Shown in pieces: positions 39,194 to 48,810 of a stretch of DNA of 64,000 nt (its first letter is position 1; each line of letters starts with the position of its first letter). The stretch lies in assembly GCA_965207075.1 (NCBI GenBank), contig CBDBLO010000002.1, positions 1,792,001 to 1,856,000 of the forward strand, written 5' to 3'. A program made the position numbers and the translations under genes. The DNA comes from Nitrosopumilus sp. (GTDB lineage: Archaea; Thermoproteota; Nitrososphaeria; Nitrososphaerales; Nitrosopumilaceae). The notes below the pieces were generated by a model, which worked only from the letters and a program-made list of their open reading frames with translations, was not told where the DNA came from and made no database searches.

Positions 39194-39646
39194 ATGTCAG
39201 TAAGACTAGAGGACGTGCCTGCGGGCATGATGACTGCCGACACGTTCAAGGGCAAAAAGGTCATCGACAGAGAGGGCGTGGAGTATGGCAAGGTAAAGCA
39301 CATACACATCAACCCGGAGACGCTGGTGGTCTCAGGAGTGACCATACACGAGGGGTTTGGCAAGGACTACTACCTGACCAGTGACTACATAGACGAGTTC
39401 TCAGAGAAGACGCTGCACCTGAGCAGGCCGCCCATAAGGACCGGGGCCACTGTCATCGACGGGGACCGCCACAAGCTGGGCAAGATAAAGAGGCTACACA
39501 AGAACCCAGACACCGACGAGGTGGAGTCCATAGAGATCACAGACGGCCTGACAAACACCAAGATCGTCTCAAAGTCAGAGATATGGGGGATTGGCGAGAG
39601 GGTGATCCTCAAGATGACCAAAAAAGAGTTCAAACGGATGGAATAG
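39194..39646 (+). CDS. Tandem PRC-barrel domain protein
   Basis: GKKVIDREG.EYGKVK.IHINP and GATVIDGD..KLGKIK...IG.RVIL. Confidence 0.85.
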   Translation: MSVRLEDVPAGMMTADTFKGKKVIDREGVEYGKVKHIHINPETLVVSGVTIHEGFGKDYYLTSDYIDEFSEKTLHLSRPPIRTGATVIDGDRHKLGKIKRLHKNPDTDEVESIEITDGLTNTKIVSKSEIWGIGERVILKMTKKEFKRME

Positions 39647-39912
39647 CGACCAGACTGCCGCCGTGTTTTCTTTCCTGCGTGCGGCGCACCATCCAGTATT
39701 TTCGTCCCGGCGTCGGATGACCGGCGCGCATGGCACGGCCTGCGCACTGCGGGCGTGCCGACCGACCTTTTTTTGGTTTTTGCCCGGAGCGTGCTCGTCA
39801 AAGATATCGGCCGTCCCGGTGCGCTCAGGCAGGCGTCGAGGCGGCGGCAGCGGCGGGACGCCCACTCAAATCTACCAAGTTATAATTGGGCCTCGCCCCG
39901 CCCACGCGTACG

Positions 39913-40932
39913 ATGGATGCCATAGAGACCAGACACCTGACAAAGTCGTTTGGCCGCACAACCGCGGTCGACGACATATCATTCAGCGTCAAGAGCGGGG
40001 AGATATTCGGATTCCTGGGCCCCAACGGCGCCGGAAAGAGTACCACCATGATGATCCTCACCACCCTGCTCAAGCCCACCTCAGGCGAGGCCTTTGTGGG
40101 GGGCGCCGACGTCTCAAGGGAGCCCAAGAGCGTCAGGCAGAAGATAGGATACGTCCAGCAGGACATTGCAGTAGACGAGTACATGACCGGCCGGGAGAAC
40201 CTCCAGCTGCACGCAAGGCTCAGCCACATGCCGGGCAGCATGGTAGAATCGCGCATAGACGAGATGCTCGGCCTGGTGGAGCTGGACCAAAAGCAGCACG
40301 AGCAGGTGGTGGGCTACTCCGGCGGCATGCGCAAGAGGCTGGACATAGCAGGAGGACTGCTCCACATGCCAGACGTGCTGTTTTTGGACGAGCCGACAGT
40401 CGGGCTCGACATACAGACGCGCAGGAAGATATGGGACTACATCAGGAGGATACACTCAGAGTACGGCGTGACCGTCTTCCTGACCACCCACTACATGGAG
40501 GAGGCAGACAGCCTTTGTGACAGGGTCGGCATAATAGATGGGGGCAGGATAGTGGACATAGACAGCCCTGCGCGCATGAAGGAGGCGCTCGGCAGCGAGA
40601 TGATCTCCATAGAGGTGCCGCGGGCAGACTCGGACAGGATGCTGCAGGGGCTGCGGGGCATGGACGGAGTGCTGTCTGACATAAGGTGCGACCACGACTC
40701 GGGGGCCATAACGATGGTGGCGTCAAACGGGACGGGGACGGTCCCCAAGATATTCGGGGCCGCGTCCGGATGCGGCGTCGCGATAAACGCAATCAGCGTG
40801 ACGCGGCCCACGCTTGACGACGTGTTTTTGCACCATACCGGACACGAGATCAGGGACGAGGAGGATTCCGGGTTCAGCCGCGGGCTGGAGCTTGCCAGGA
40901 AGAGGAGGAGAGGGGGGAGTGGGGCGCCGTGA
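39913..40932 (+). CDS. ABC transporter ATP-binding protein (DrrA-like)
   Basis: GPNGAGKST, YSGGM, LFLDEPTVGLD, TTHYMEEA. Confidence 0.95.
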   Translation: MDAIETRHLTKSFGRTTAVDDISFSVKSGEIFGFLGPNGAGKSTTMMILTTLLKPTSGEAFVGGADVSREPKSVRQKIGYVQQDIAVDEYMTGRENLQLHARLSHMPGSMVESRIDEMLGLVELDQKQHEQVVGYSGGMRKRLDIAGGLLHMPDVLFLDEPTVGLDIQTRRKIWDYIRRIHSEYGVTVFLTTHYMEEADSLCDRVGIIDGGRIVDIDSPARMKEALGSEMISIEVPRADSDRMLQGLRGMDGVLSDIRCDHDSGAITMVASNGTGTVPKIFGAASGCGVAINAISVTRPTLDDVFLHHTGHEIRDEEDSGFSRGLELARKRRRGGSGAP

Positions 40933-41735
40933 CAACTGACGCGCCCTTCCGCGCGTCGGCCGCGTACGACGCGTACACGATATTCTGGCGCGAGATAAAG
41001 AGGTACAAAAAGTCAAAGAGCGGGGTATTCATCAGGATCATCCAGCCGGCCATATGGATAGTGGTAGTGGGCAACACGTTTGCCGGAACCCAGCCGCTCA
41101 TAGAGTCAGTCGGATTTGACGGCCAGTACATAGAGTTCATGGCGCCCGGCGTGATAGTGCTGACGGCGATATTCACCAGCATATTCGGCGGGGTCAACAC
41201 CCTGTGGGACAGGCGGTACGGGTTCATGAACAAGGTGCTCACCACGCCCATCTCGCGCTCCTCGATCGCCCTGGGCAAGGTGGCGGCAATCTCCCTGATA
41301 GCCGCGCTGCAGGCCAGCCTCATACTCGGGATCGCGCTTGCAATAGGGGTCACGTTCTCAGACCCGCTGATGATCGCCCCCATAATGGGCATCGTCATAC
41401 TGTTCTCCCTGGGATTCGCCGGGATATCCGTGACGGTGGCGGCCACTGCAAAGTCGCAGGAGACCTTCTGGGGGCTGATAAACATGCTCGGCATGCCGCT
41501 GTTCATGCTCAGCCCCGCCCTCTTCCCGCTAGAGCTTATGCCGGAGTGGCTCGCCACGCTTGCAAAGTTCAACCCCGTCACGTACGCGGTGCTCATCATA
41601 AGGGAGATGATGACGGGGGTCCCGGAGGGCGGCATCGCGATGCTGGCCGGGCTCGGCATAATATCGGCCTTTGTCGCGTGCACGATGGTGGTCGCGAGCT
41701 ACGTGTTCACAAGGGACGTCAACAAGCCGTTCTGA
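40929..41735 (+). CDS. ABC-2 type permease (DrrB-like)
   Basis: About six TM segments; DR..GFM..VLTTPISR..I.LGK, NPVTY; GTGA overlap with the ATPase gene. Confidence 0.93.
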   Translation: MTTDAPFRASAAYDAYTIFWREIKRYKKSKSGVFIRIIQPAIWIVVVGNTFAGTQPLIESVGFDGQYIEFMAPGVIVLTAIFTSIFGGVNTLWDRRYGFMNKVLTTPISRSSIALGKVAAISLIAALQASLILGIALAIGVTFSDPLMIAPIMGIVILFSLGFAGISVTVAATAKSQETFWGLINMLGMPLFMLSPALFPLELMPEWLATLAKFNPVTYAVLIIREMMTGVPEGGIAMLAGLGIISAFVACTMVVASYVFTRDVNKPF

Positions 41736-41836
41736 CTGTCGGGCGGCAGCCCGCCGCAGGTACTGACAAAAATTTGACAAAATGGAGAACCTTTGCTAAC
41801 ACGGCGCCTTATTGTCGGATTCGGCCACCCTGCGCC

Positions 41837-43510
41837 ATGACGGGCGGCAGGAAAGGCATGCGCACTGCAGCATACGCCGTTGCCGTGGCATGCATGGCCG
41901 CGGCGGTGGCGGCGGCCATGGCGGCCGTCGACAGCCCGGCGCAGTACGGATCCGGCACTGCCGCTGCCCATGCGGCCCTCAGCGACGGGTGGCGCACGCA
42001 CCTGTACGAGTGGGGCTCGCACGGGATAGGCGGGGAGGGCTTCTTTGCGCACCCGCAGTTCATAACGGTGGACGGGCAGGGCAGCGTGTACGTCACGGAC
42101 CTTGGCAACAAGCGCGTGCAAAAGTTCGACTCGCAGGGCGGGTTCCTCACGGAGTGGGGAAGCCAGGGGAGCGCCGACGGGCAGTTCAGGTATCCGTCCG
42201 GAATCGCGACTGACGGCGCCTACATATACGTGGCCGACAGGGACCTGAACCGCGTGCAAAAGTTCGACGCAAACGGCAACTACATAGCCCAGTGGGGAAG
42301 CGGCGGCGATGCGGAGGGCAGGATGCACATGCCGACCGGGATGGCAGTCGGCGCCGACGGATACGTGTACGTGGTGGACACGGGCAACCAACGCGTGCAA
42401 AAGTTCACATCAGACGGCGAGTTTCTGCTCTCCTTTGGCGGCTCCGGCACGGAGCCGGGCAGGTTCGTGATGCCGCATTCCGTAGACGTGGCAGGGGACG
42501 GCAGCCTGTACATATCGGACAGGGGCGCCGGCAGGATAGACCACTATACTGCAAACGGGACGTACGTTGCATCGCACGTGTTTGACGCGTCGGGCACGTT
42601 CCGGTTCATGCCCGAGAGCATAAAACTGGGCGACAACGGCACGATACACGTCATAAACGCCCACTCGCAAAACGTGATGCACCTCAACCTGAGCACCAGC
42701 TCAGAGCCGCTTGACGTGTTCGAGCGGCTGGGGCTGATCTACTCGGACATTGTATTCCCCACCGACATAGAGCTGGGGATAGACGGCCAGCTGTACGTGG
42801 TGGACTCGCTTGGCCACTCTATACATGCATTCAAGACGCCGCAGTATGTACCGCCCCAGGGGCAGGCGGCGGACAGCGATGCGTCATCGCAAACGCCGCA
42901 GCAGCAGGGACAGCAGGGGGACGGAATCCCGCCAACCATTGTAGCCCCGCCGGACATAACCGTCAACGCGACCGGAATGCTGACCCTCGTGGACACGGGC
43001 GTGGCGGGGGCCCATGACGAGAGCGGCATAGCAGAGATGCGCTCAAACGCCCCGGACGCGTTCCAAGTCGGGGTCACGACCATAACGTGGACCGCGATTG
43101 ACGGCTACGGGAACCGCGCAGAGGCCCACCAGTACGTGAACGTCACGGCGTGCGGCATTCAGGGCACGGCATACAACCACATAATCGGCGACTCGGACAA
43201 CAACATAATCAACGGGACGGACGGGCCGGATCTCATATTCGGCCAGGAGGGCAGGGACATAGTGTACGGCGGGGCCGGCGACGACTGCATATTCGGCGGG
43301 GCCGGCGACGACGTAATACTGGGAGGTGGCGGCGACGACCACATAATTGGAGGTGGCGGCGACGACATACTCAGGGGCGGCGACGGCTCCGACGTCATAG
43401 TAGGCGGGACGGGCGCAAACGTCCTTGACGGCGGGGGGCCGGACGACGCGCAGGACGCCTGCCACGACACAGGCGAGATGGACCTTGTGATCAGCTGCGC
43501 GGTGCAGTGA
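41837..43510 (+). CDS. Secreted NHL-repeat beta-propeller + HYR domain + RTX-like Ca-binding repeats
   Basis: P.GIA.D....YV.D..N.RVQKFD repeats; PPTIVAPPDITVNAT...GVTTITWTA.D..GN; GG.GDD.I.G nonapeptides. Confidence 0.9.
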   Translation: MTGGRKGMRTAAYAVAVACMAAAVAAAMAAVDSPAQYGSGTAAAHAALSDGWRTHLYEWGSHGIGGEGFFAHPQFITVDGQGSVYVTDLGNKRVQKFDSQGGFLTEWGSQGSADGQFRYPSGIATDGAYIYVADRDLNRVQKFDANGNYIAQWGSGGDAEGRMHMPTGMAVGADGYVYVVDTGNQRVQKFTSDGEFLLSFGGSGTEPGRFVMPHSVDVAGDGSLYISDRGAGRIDHYTANGTYVASHVFDASGTFRFMPESIKLGDNGTIHVINAHSQNVMHLNLSTSSEPLDVFERLGLIYSDIVFPTDIELGIDGQLYVVDSLGHSIHAFKTPQYVPPQGQAADSDASSQTPQQQGQQGDGIPPTIVAPPDITVNATGMLTLVDTGVAGAHDESGIAEMRSNAPDAFQVGVTTITWTAIDGYGNRAEAHQYVNVTACGIQGTAYNHIIGDSDNNIINGTDGPDLIFGQEGRDIVYGGAGDDCIFGGAGDDVILGGGGDDHIIGGGGDDILRGGDGSDVIVGGTGANVLDGGGPDDAQDACHDTGEMDLVISCAVQ

Positions 43511-43590
43511 TCACACTACTACCTGTCCAGCCGGCCGCAACCATATGCATATAGGCAGACCATACCCGACATGTCCTCATCATACGCATA

Positions 43591-43601
43591 CATAGACTAT
43601 A
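43591..43601. promoter_or_regulatory. Candidate phosphate-regulon operator CATAGACTATA upstream of pstS
   Basis: Identical 11-mer at 45094-45104 upstream of pstC. Confidence 0.35.
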
Positions 43602-43640
43602 CACCACAGGACTAAGTAGCCTTCGGAGGGCAGAGCTGCA

Positions 43641-44918
43641 GTGACGAGACGAATTGCGACGATAGCGCTGATCGCAGTGCTAATGACTTCGCTTCTGCCC
43701 GCATACACCTCGGGCGGGACCATGCAGGCGGCGCAGGCGCAGGAAGCAGGCTCGGTCAGGATCGACGCGGCAGGCGCAACGTTTGCGTTTCCGCTGATGG
43801 ACTTGTGGAGGGTAAAGTATGCCGAGATCAATCCGCACATCGCGCTCAACTACCAGTCAATCGGAAGCGGGGGCGGTGTAAAGCAGCACATTGAAAAGAC
43901 GATCAACTTCGCCGCGTCAGACGTGCCGCTCAGAGACTCAGAGTACGAGAGGGCCCCCGGTTCGATCACGATACCGGAGATGATAGGCGCAATATCCATA
44001 GCGTACAACCTGCCCGGAATCGACAGCGGACTAAACCTCTCAGAAGAGGCCCTGTGCGGGATCTATCTTGGCAAGATCACAAAGTGGGACGATCCCAAGA
44101 TAGCTGTGCACAACGCCGGAATCGACCTGCCCGATACGAGCATATTCGTGGCAGCTAGATCCGACGGATCAGGCACGACGTTCGCGTTCACCAGCTACCT
44201 GGCCAAGACCTGTCCCGAATGGGATGAGAAGATCGGCGCAGGAAAGAGCGTGCCATGGCCTACCGCAAGAGGAGCTCCCGGAAACGAGGGCGTCGCGGCA
44301 CTGGTCAAGTCCGAGGAGGGGACAATAGGGTACATCACGCTTGCCTACGCGTTCCAGGAGGACATGACGACCGCGGCAGTACAGAACGGGGACAAGACCA
44401 ACTTTGTGCTGCCAACGCTGGAGAGCGCGTCGGCGGCGTCAAGCGGGGCAGCGCCCACGCTTCCAGACGCCCACGAGAGCTGGAGGGGGGTAGACCTGCT
44501 TGCGGCTCCGGGTGATAACTCGTACCCGATTACGAGCTTTTCGTACCTGATACTGCACCCGGATCTTGACGGCTCGGCCAGGGATTACGACCACGCAAAG
44601 GAGATCGCGAACCTGATTGCGTGGATAATCACCGACGGGCAGCAGTACAACGAGGACCTCCTGTACGTGCCGATCTCGGCACCGGTGCAGAGCATAGGGC
44701 TGGAGGGGCTCGCCAAGATCACATATCATGGACAGCCCGTATACACTGGACCGACCAGTGTCTCGGCAGAACCGGCGATGCCAGGCGGCGACGTGGAACT
44801 CATCCCGCCATGGGTAAAGACCCTCTTTGGATACTATGCAGAGGGGGGCATATCAGACGCCGACCTGATAAGCGCGCTACAGTTCCTGATCAAAGAGGGA
44901 ATCATAATAGTCGAATAG
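43641..44918 (+). CDS. pstS: Phosphate ABC transporter substrate-binding protein with C-terminal thaumarchaeal surface domain
   Basis: GATFAFP, YQSIGSGGG, FAASD, RSDGSGTT, YPI; tail IPPWVK...GGISDADLISALQFLIKEGII. Confidence 0.96.
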   Translation: MTRRIATIALIAVLMTSLLPAYTSGGTMQAAQAQEAGSVRIDAAGATFAFPLMDLWRVKYAEINPHIALNYQSIGSGGGVKQHIEKTINFAASDVPLRDSEYERAPGSITIPEMIGAISIAYNLPGIDSGLNLSEEALCGIYLGKITKWDDPKIAVHNAGIDLPDTSIFVAARSDGSGTTFAFTSYLAKTCPEWDEKIGAGKSVPWPTARGAPGNEGVAALVKSEEGTIGYITLAYAFQEDMTTAAVQNGDKTNFVLPTLESASAASSGAAPTLPDAHESWRGVDLLAAPGDNSYPITSFSYLILHPDLDGSARDYDHAKEIANLIAWIITDGQQYNEDLLYVPISAPVQSIGLEGLAKITYHGQPVYTGPTSVSAEPAMPGGDVELIPPWVKTLFGYYAEGGISDADLISALQFLIKEGIIIVE

Positions 44919-45109
44919 TGACGCACGGCCAGACGCGACAGCGGCAGTAATTTTTTGTTTCTAGCTTGGATGACAGAAGGTGCGCTCGCCACACAACACG
45001 CATGCGGGTTATACGTCCGCCCCATCACAAAGCGACAGAGCGGAGCCGCCCGTTAAGACGGACTATATAGAATATGGCTTCGTACGGTAAGACCATAGAC
45101 TATAGCTCA

Positions 45110-46129
45110 ATGGCAAATATCCCCAGGCGCGCCCGTCGTTACATGCAGAAGGACCGCCTCGGGGGCAGGATTGCAAGGGAGGGGCGGCCCCCACTCGTAG
45201 ACAAGCTGTTCAAGGTGGGAACTGCCATTGCAGGCGTCTATGTCCTCGCGATCATCCTGATCATGGTGCTGCAGCTCGGCTGGGAGTCAGGACCGGTCTG
45301 GCAGGAGGAGGGGGTGGTAGGCTTCATCACCGGAACTGACTGGAACGCGGTGGAGGGCCGCGAATCGTTCGGGGCCCTGCCGTACATACTGGGGACGCTG
45401 ATCACGTCCGCGATCGCCATGACGATAGCTCTGCCGCTGAGCATCGGCATAGCGATGTTCGTCATGATCGTCCCGAGGAGGATCGGCCAGCCCATGGGAT
45501 ACCTCATCGAGCTGCTCGAGGCGGTGCCAAGCGTGGTGTACGGCCTGTGGGGTCTGTTCGTATTCAGGATATACTTTAGGGACTGGATAGAGGAGCCTCT
45601 TCACGACGCGTTTGGCGACTCGATATTCCTGTTCTCCGGGGCCCCGTTCGGGCTTGACGTGCTTTCGGCCAGTATCATACTGGCCATAATGATCATACCC
45701 ACCATATCCGCGGTCTCGAGGGAGGTGATGATGGCAGTGCCCCAGCAGCAGAAGGAGGCCGCGTACATGCTGGGAAGCACCACGTGGGAGATGTTCAGGC
45801 TGGCAGTATTCCCGTACTCAAAGGCAGGGCTGATGGGCGCGTCCATACTCGGCCTGGGCAGGGCCATCGGGGAGACGATGGCGGTGACGATGCTGATAGG
45901 AAACACGATAGGGATTGCCGCGATACCCCAGTCGCTGTTCCACCCCAGCCAGACCATGTCGAGCATTATAGCAAACGAGTTCATCGAGGCGTCGCCTGCG
46001 TCCATACACCTGCCGGCGCTCATAGGCATCGGGCTCGTCCTGCTGCTCGTGGCCATGGCGGTAAACGTGATAGCGCACTATATCGTAACCAGGATGCTAA
46101 AGGTGAGGGAGGGGGCGATTAGGAATTGA
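45110..46129 (+). CDS. pstC: Phosphate ABC transporter permease PstC (ORF open from 45074)
   Basis: VPSVVYGLWG, MIIPTI, EAAY.LG, LGRAIGETMAV. Confidence 0.96.
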   Translation: MANIPRRARRYMQKDRLGGRIAREGRPPLVDKLFKVGTAIAGVYVLAIILIMVLQLGWESGPVWQEEGVVGFITGTDWNAVEGRESFGALPYILGTLITSAIAMTIALPLSIGIAMFVMIVPRRIGQPMGYLIELLEAVPSVVYGLWGLFVFRIYFRDWIEEPLHDAFGDSIFLFSGAPFGLDVLSASIILAIMIIPTISAVSREVMMAVPQQQKEAAYMLGSTTWEMFRLAVFPYSKAGLMGASILGLGRAIGETMAVTMLIGNTIGIAAIPQSLFHPSQTMSSIIANEFIEASPASIHLPALIGIGLVLLLVAMAVNVIAHYIVTRMLKVREGAIRN

Positions 46130-47160
46130 CCGGCGGCGCGCGCTACGGGGATGGCGGGCCGCGGCCGGCCGGTGAGGGAGGGGCGGCGGCGGCGGCCGCG
46201 GCATCCACCCCAAGAAGCCGGCGGCGGGCCGAGATCAGGGCCATGTTCAAGTCAAACGTGAGCGGCAGGCTCAAGGTGGACCGCATAATGGTGGGCGGGA
46301 TTACGGCGTGCGCCATAGTCGCCATAGTGCCGCTCTTCTGGATACTCGGGCAGCTCATAGTCGGAGGGGCCCCCGCCCTCTCAGTCGAATTCTTCACAGA
46401 GGAGCCCGGGGCCATAGGCGCGGGCACGATAAACGTGGGGCCCGCCATACAGGGCACCATAATCATCATCGGGCTCTCGTCGCTGATAGGCATACCGATA
46501 GGAATCGGCGCCGGCGTGTACCTCTCAGAGGTGGGCAGCGGCAGCAGGCTGGCAAAGCAGATGAGGTTCCTGCTTGACGTGTTCATGGAGGTGCCGTCCA
46601 TCGTGCTCGGGCTGTTCGCGTTCCTTGCAATCGTCCTGCTGCTGGGGCATTTTTCTATATGGGCCGGCGCCTTTGCGCTCTCGCTCATCATGTTCCCCAT
46701 AGTCGCAAGGGCCACGGAGGAGCAGCTCAAGATGGTGCCCTGGACATACAGGGAGGCGGGCACGGCGCTTGGCCTCAAGAAGGCCACGATCGCGTTCCGC
46801 ATAGTGCTTGCAACCGCAAAGCGCGGGCTCCTGACCGGCGTGCTGCTGTCCGTGTCAAGGATAGGCGGCGAGACGGCCCCGCTCATAATGACGATACTTG
46901 GAAGCAGCCAGTTCTTCTCGTCTCTTGACGCGCCCATGGACGCGCTGCCCCTGCGCATATGGCGCTTTTCGCTGCTGCCGTACGAGGAGGCCAGGCTTGC
47001 CGGGTGGGGGGCCGCGCTCGTCCTGGTGATTATAATACTCGCGATACACGTCGGCGTGCGGTACTACTTCCAAGGGAGAAGAGGCGGCAGCATCGGGGCA
47101 AACGGCGGCAGGAGATCGCGCAAAGGTTTATTGCCAAACATGAGGGGAGGCAGTGCATAG
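46126..47160 (+). CDS. pstA: Phosphate ABC transporter permease PstA
   Basis: GVYLSE, VPSIVLGLF, RIGGETAPL. Confidence 0.95.
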   Translation: MTGGARYGDGGPRPAGEGGAAAAAAASTPRSRRRAEIRAMFKSNVSGRLKVDRIMVGGITACAIVAIVPLFWILGQLIVGGAPALSVEFFTEEPGAIGAGTINVGPAIQGTIIIIGLSSLIGIPIGIGAGVYLSEVGSGSRLAKQMRFLLDVFMEVPSIVLGLFAFLAIVLLLGHFSIWAGAFALSLIMFPIVARATEEQLKMVPWTYREAGTALGLKKATIAFRIVLATAKRGLLTGVLLSVSRIGGETAPLIMTILGSSQFFSSLDAPMDALPLRIWRFSLLPYEEARLAGWGAALVLVIIILAIHVGVRYYFQGRRGGSIGANGGRRSRKGLLPNMRGGSA

Positions 47161-47163
47161 GTT

Positions 47164-47997
47164 ATGAGCAACATCATAACGGCCGAGCCGCAAAAGCGGG
47201 CACCAAGCGACAAGAAACAGGGCGGCGTCTTTGCAAACAAGCGCTTCAAGATGGTGACAGAAAACGTCAACGTATACTATGGCGACGTCAGGGCAGTAAA
47301 GGACATCAGCCTAAAGTTCCCAGAAAACTCCATCACCGCGCTGATAGGGCCGTCAGGGTGCGGCAAGACCACCTTTCTGCGCTGCCTTAACCGCATGCAC
47401 GACATGACCCCGGGCTCGCGCGTGGAGGGGAGGGTCACGATAGACCAGACGGACCTGTACGACTCCAGCATAGACCCCATATACCACAGGAGAAAGGTCG
47501 GAATGGTGTTCCAAAAGCCAAACCCGTTTCCCACCATGTCCATATACGACAACGTCGTGTCCGGCGTAAGGCTCAACGGAGTGAGGGACAGGGCCATACT
47601 CGACGAGATCGTGGAAGACTGCCTGAAGATGGCGTACCTGTGGGACGAGGTGAGCGACGACCTCAAAAAGCCCGCAATCGAGCTGTCGGGAGGCCAGCAG
47701 CAGAGGCTGTGCATTGCAAGGGCCCTTGCGATACAGCCCGAAGTACTGCTGATGGACGAGCCGGCGTCCGCGCTGGATCCGATTGCGACCCAGAAGATCG
47801 AGGAGACGATAAAGGACCTCTCAAGCGAGTACTGCATCATCATAGTAACGCACAACATGCAGCAGGCAATCAGGTGCTCGGACTATACGGCGTTCATGTA
47901 TCTGGGCGACCTCATAGAGCACGGAAGGACCGACGACATATTCCAAAACCCCAGAAACGAGCTGACCGCAAAGTATGTCGAAGGCCAGTTCGGCTGA
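47164..47997 (+). CDS. pstB: Phosphate ABC transporter ATPase PstB
   Basis: [43 protein letters not shown] terminus. Confidence 0.97.
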   Translation: MSNIITAEPQKRAPSDKKQGGVFANKRFKMVTENVNVYYGDVRAVKDISLKFPENSITALIGPSGCGKTTFLRCLNRMHDMTPGSRVEGRVTIDQTDLYDSSIDPIYHRRKVGMVFQKPNPFPTMSIYDNVVSGVRLNGVRDRAILDEIVEDCLKMAYLWDEVSDDLKKPAIELSGGQQQRLCIARALAIQPEVLLMDEPASALDPIATQKIEETIKDLSSEYCIIIVTHNMQQAIRCSDYTAFMYLGDLIEHGRTDDIFQNPRNELTAKYVEGQFG

Positions 47998-48126
47998 TCA
48001 ACCATACAGGCGTCGGGCGCGGCCGCGGCCAAGCGACGGCGCGGCAAACCAAGATGTATCACGGCGGGCGGGCCGGGCACGAATCCGGCGCCGTCCCCCT
48101 GACGCGCACGATTAAAGTATCAGGGC

Positions 48127-48765
48127 ATGATACAAGCTGTGAAAATGACGCGACTCATGGACCCCAACCTGCACCAGCTGTCCGCGCTGATGTCGGAGAT
48201 GGGCGACCTGGCCATACAGAGCCTGGAGACGGCGATCAACTCGTACCTCAAGGGGACAAACCCCATCACGGAGGTCAAGGACATGTCAGGCGAAATTACC
48301 GAAAAATACCACGAGGTGGGGGAGCTGGTATTCTCCACGATGCTAAAGTTCCAGCCCGTGGCATCAGACTTTAGGTTCATCAGGTCGGCAATCGAGATAT
48401 CATACGCGCTCCACAGGTTCGGCAGATACTCGTATGACATAACGTTTGTCCGCGACAAATTCGGGGACATATCGTCGTGCAACAACGAGTGGCTCCACCA
48501 GGTGACAAACGAGACCATGCAGATGGCAAAGGGCGCGCTGCAGTCATTTGCGATGCTCGACACGGGCAAGGCAGATATGATAGCAGTCAACGAGGAGTAC
48601 GTGGACAAGATATACAAGGAGAGGCTCCCCATGCTGGGCGCATCCGGCACGGACAAGAGATGCGCGCTAGTCGAGGCACTGCTGCTCGGATACCTCGAGA
48701 GGATTGCGGATCATGCCATGCACATGAGCAGGGCGGTCAACTACATCGTAAGCGGCAAGCACTAG
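48127..48765 (+). CDS. phoU: Phosphate uptake regulator PhoU
   Basis: FQPVASDFR, LERIADHA; follows pstB. Confidence 0.92.
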   Translation: MIQAVKMTRLMDPNLHQLSALMSEMGDLAIQSLETAINSYLKGTNPITEVKDMSGEITEKYHEVGELVFSTMLKFQPVASDFRFIRSAIEISYALHRFGRYSYDITFVRDKFGDISSCNNEWLHQVTNETMQMAKGALQSFAMLDTGKADMIAVNEEYVDKIYKERLPMLGASGTDKRCALVEALLLGYLERIADHAMHMSRAVNYIVSGKH

Positions 48766-48810
48766 CGCATGCGGCAGCACGCCAGCCTTATTAGCGCCCG
48801 CGACGCCACC

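Noticed and set aside
41204-41836. N-terminal 211 aa of the 768-aa ORF
   Set aside because: Overlaps the ABC permease in another frame; a signal peptide begins near 41837
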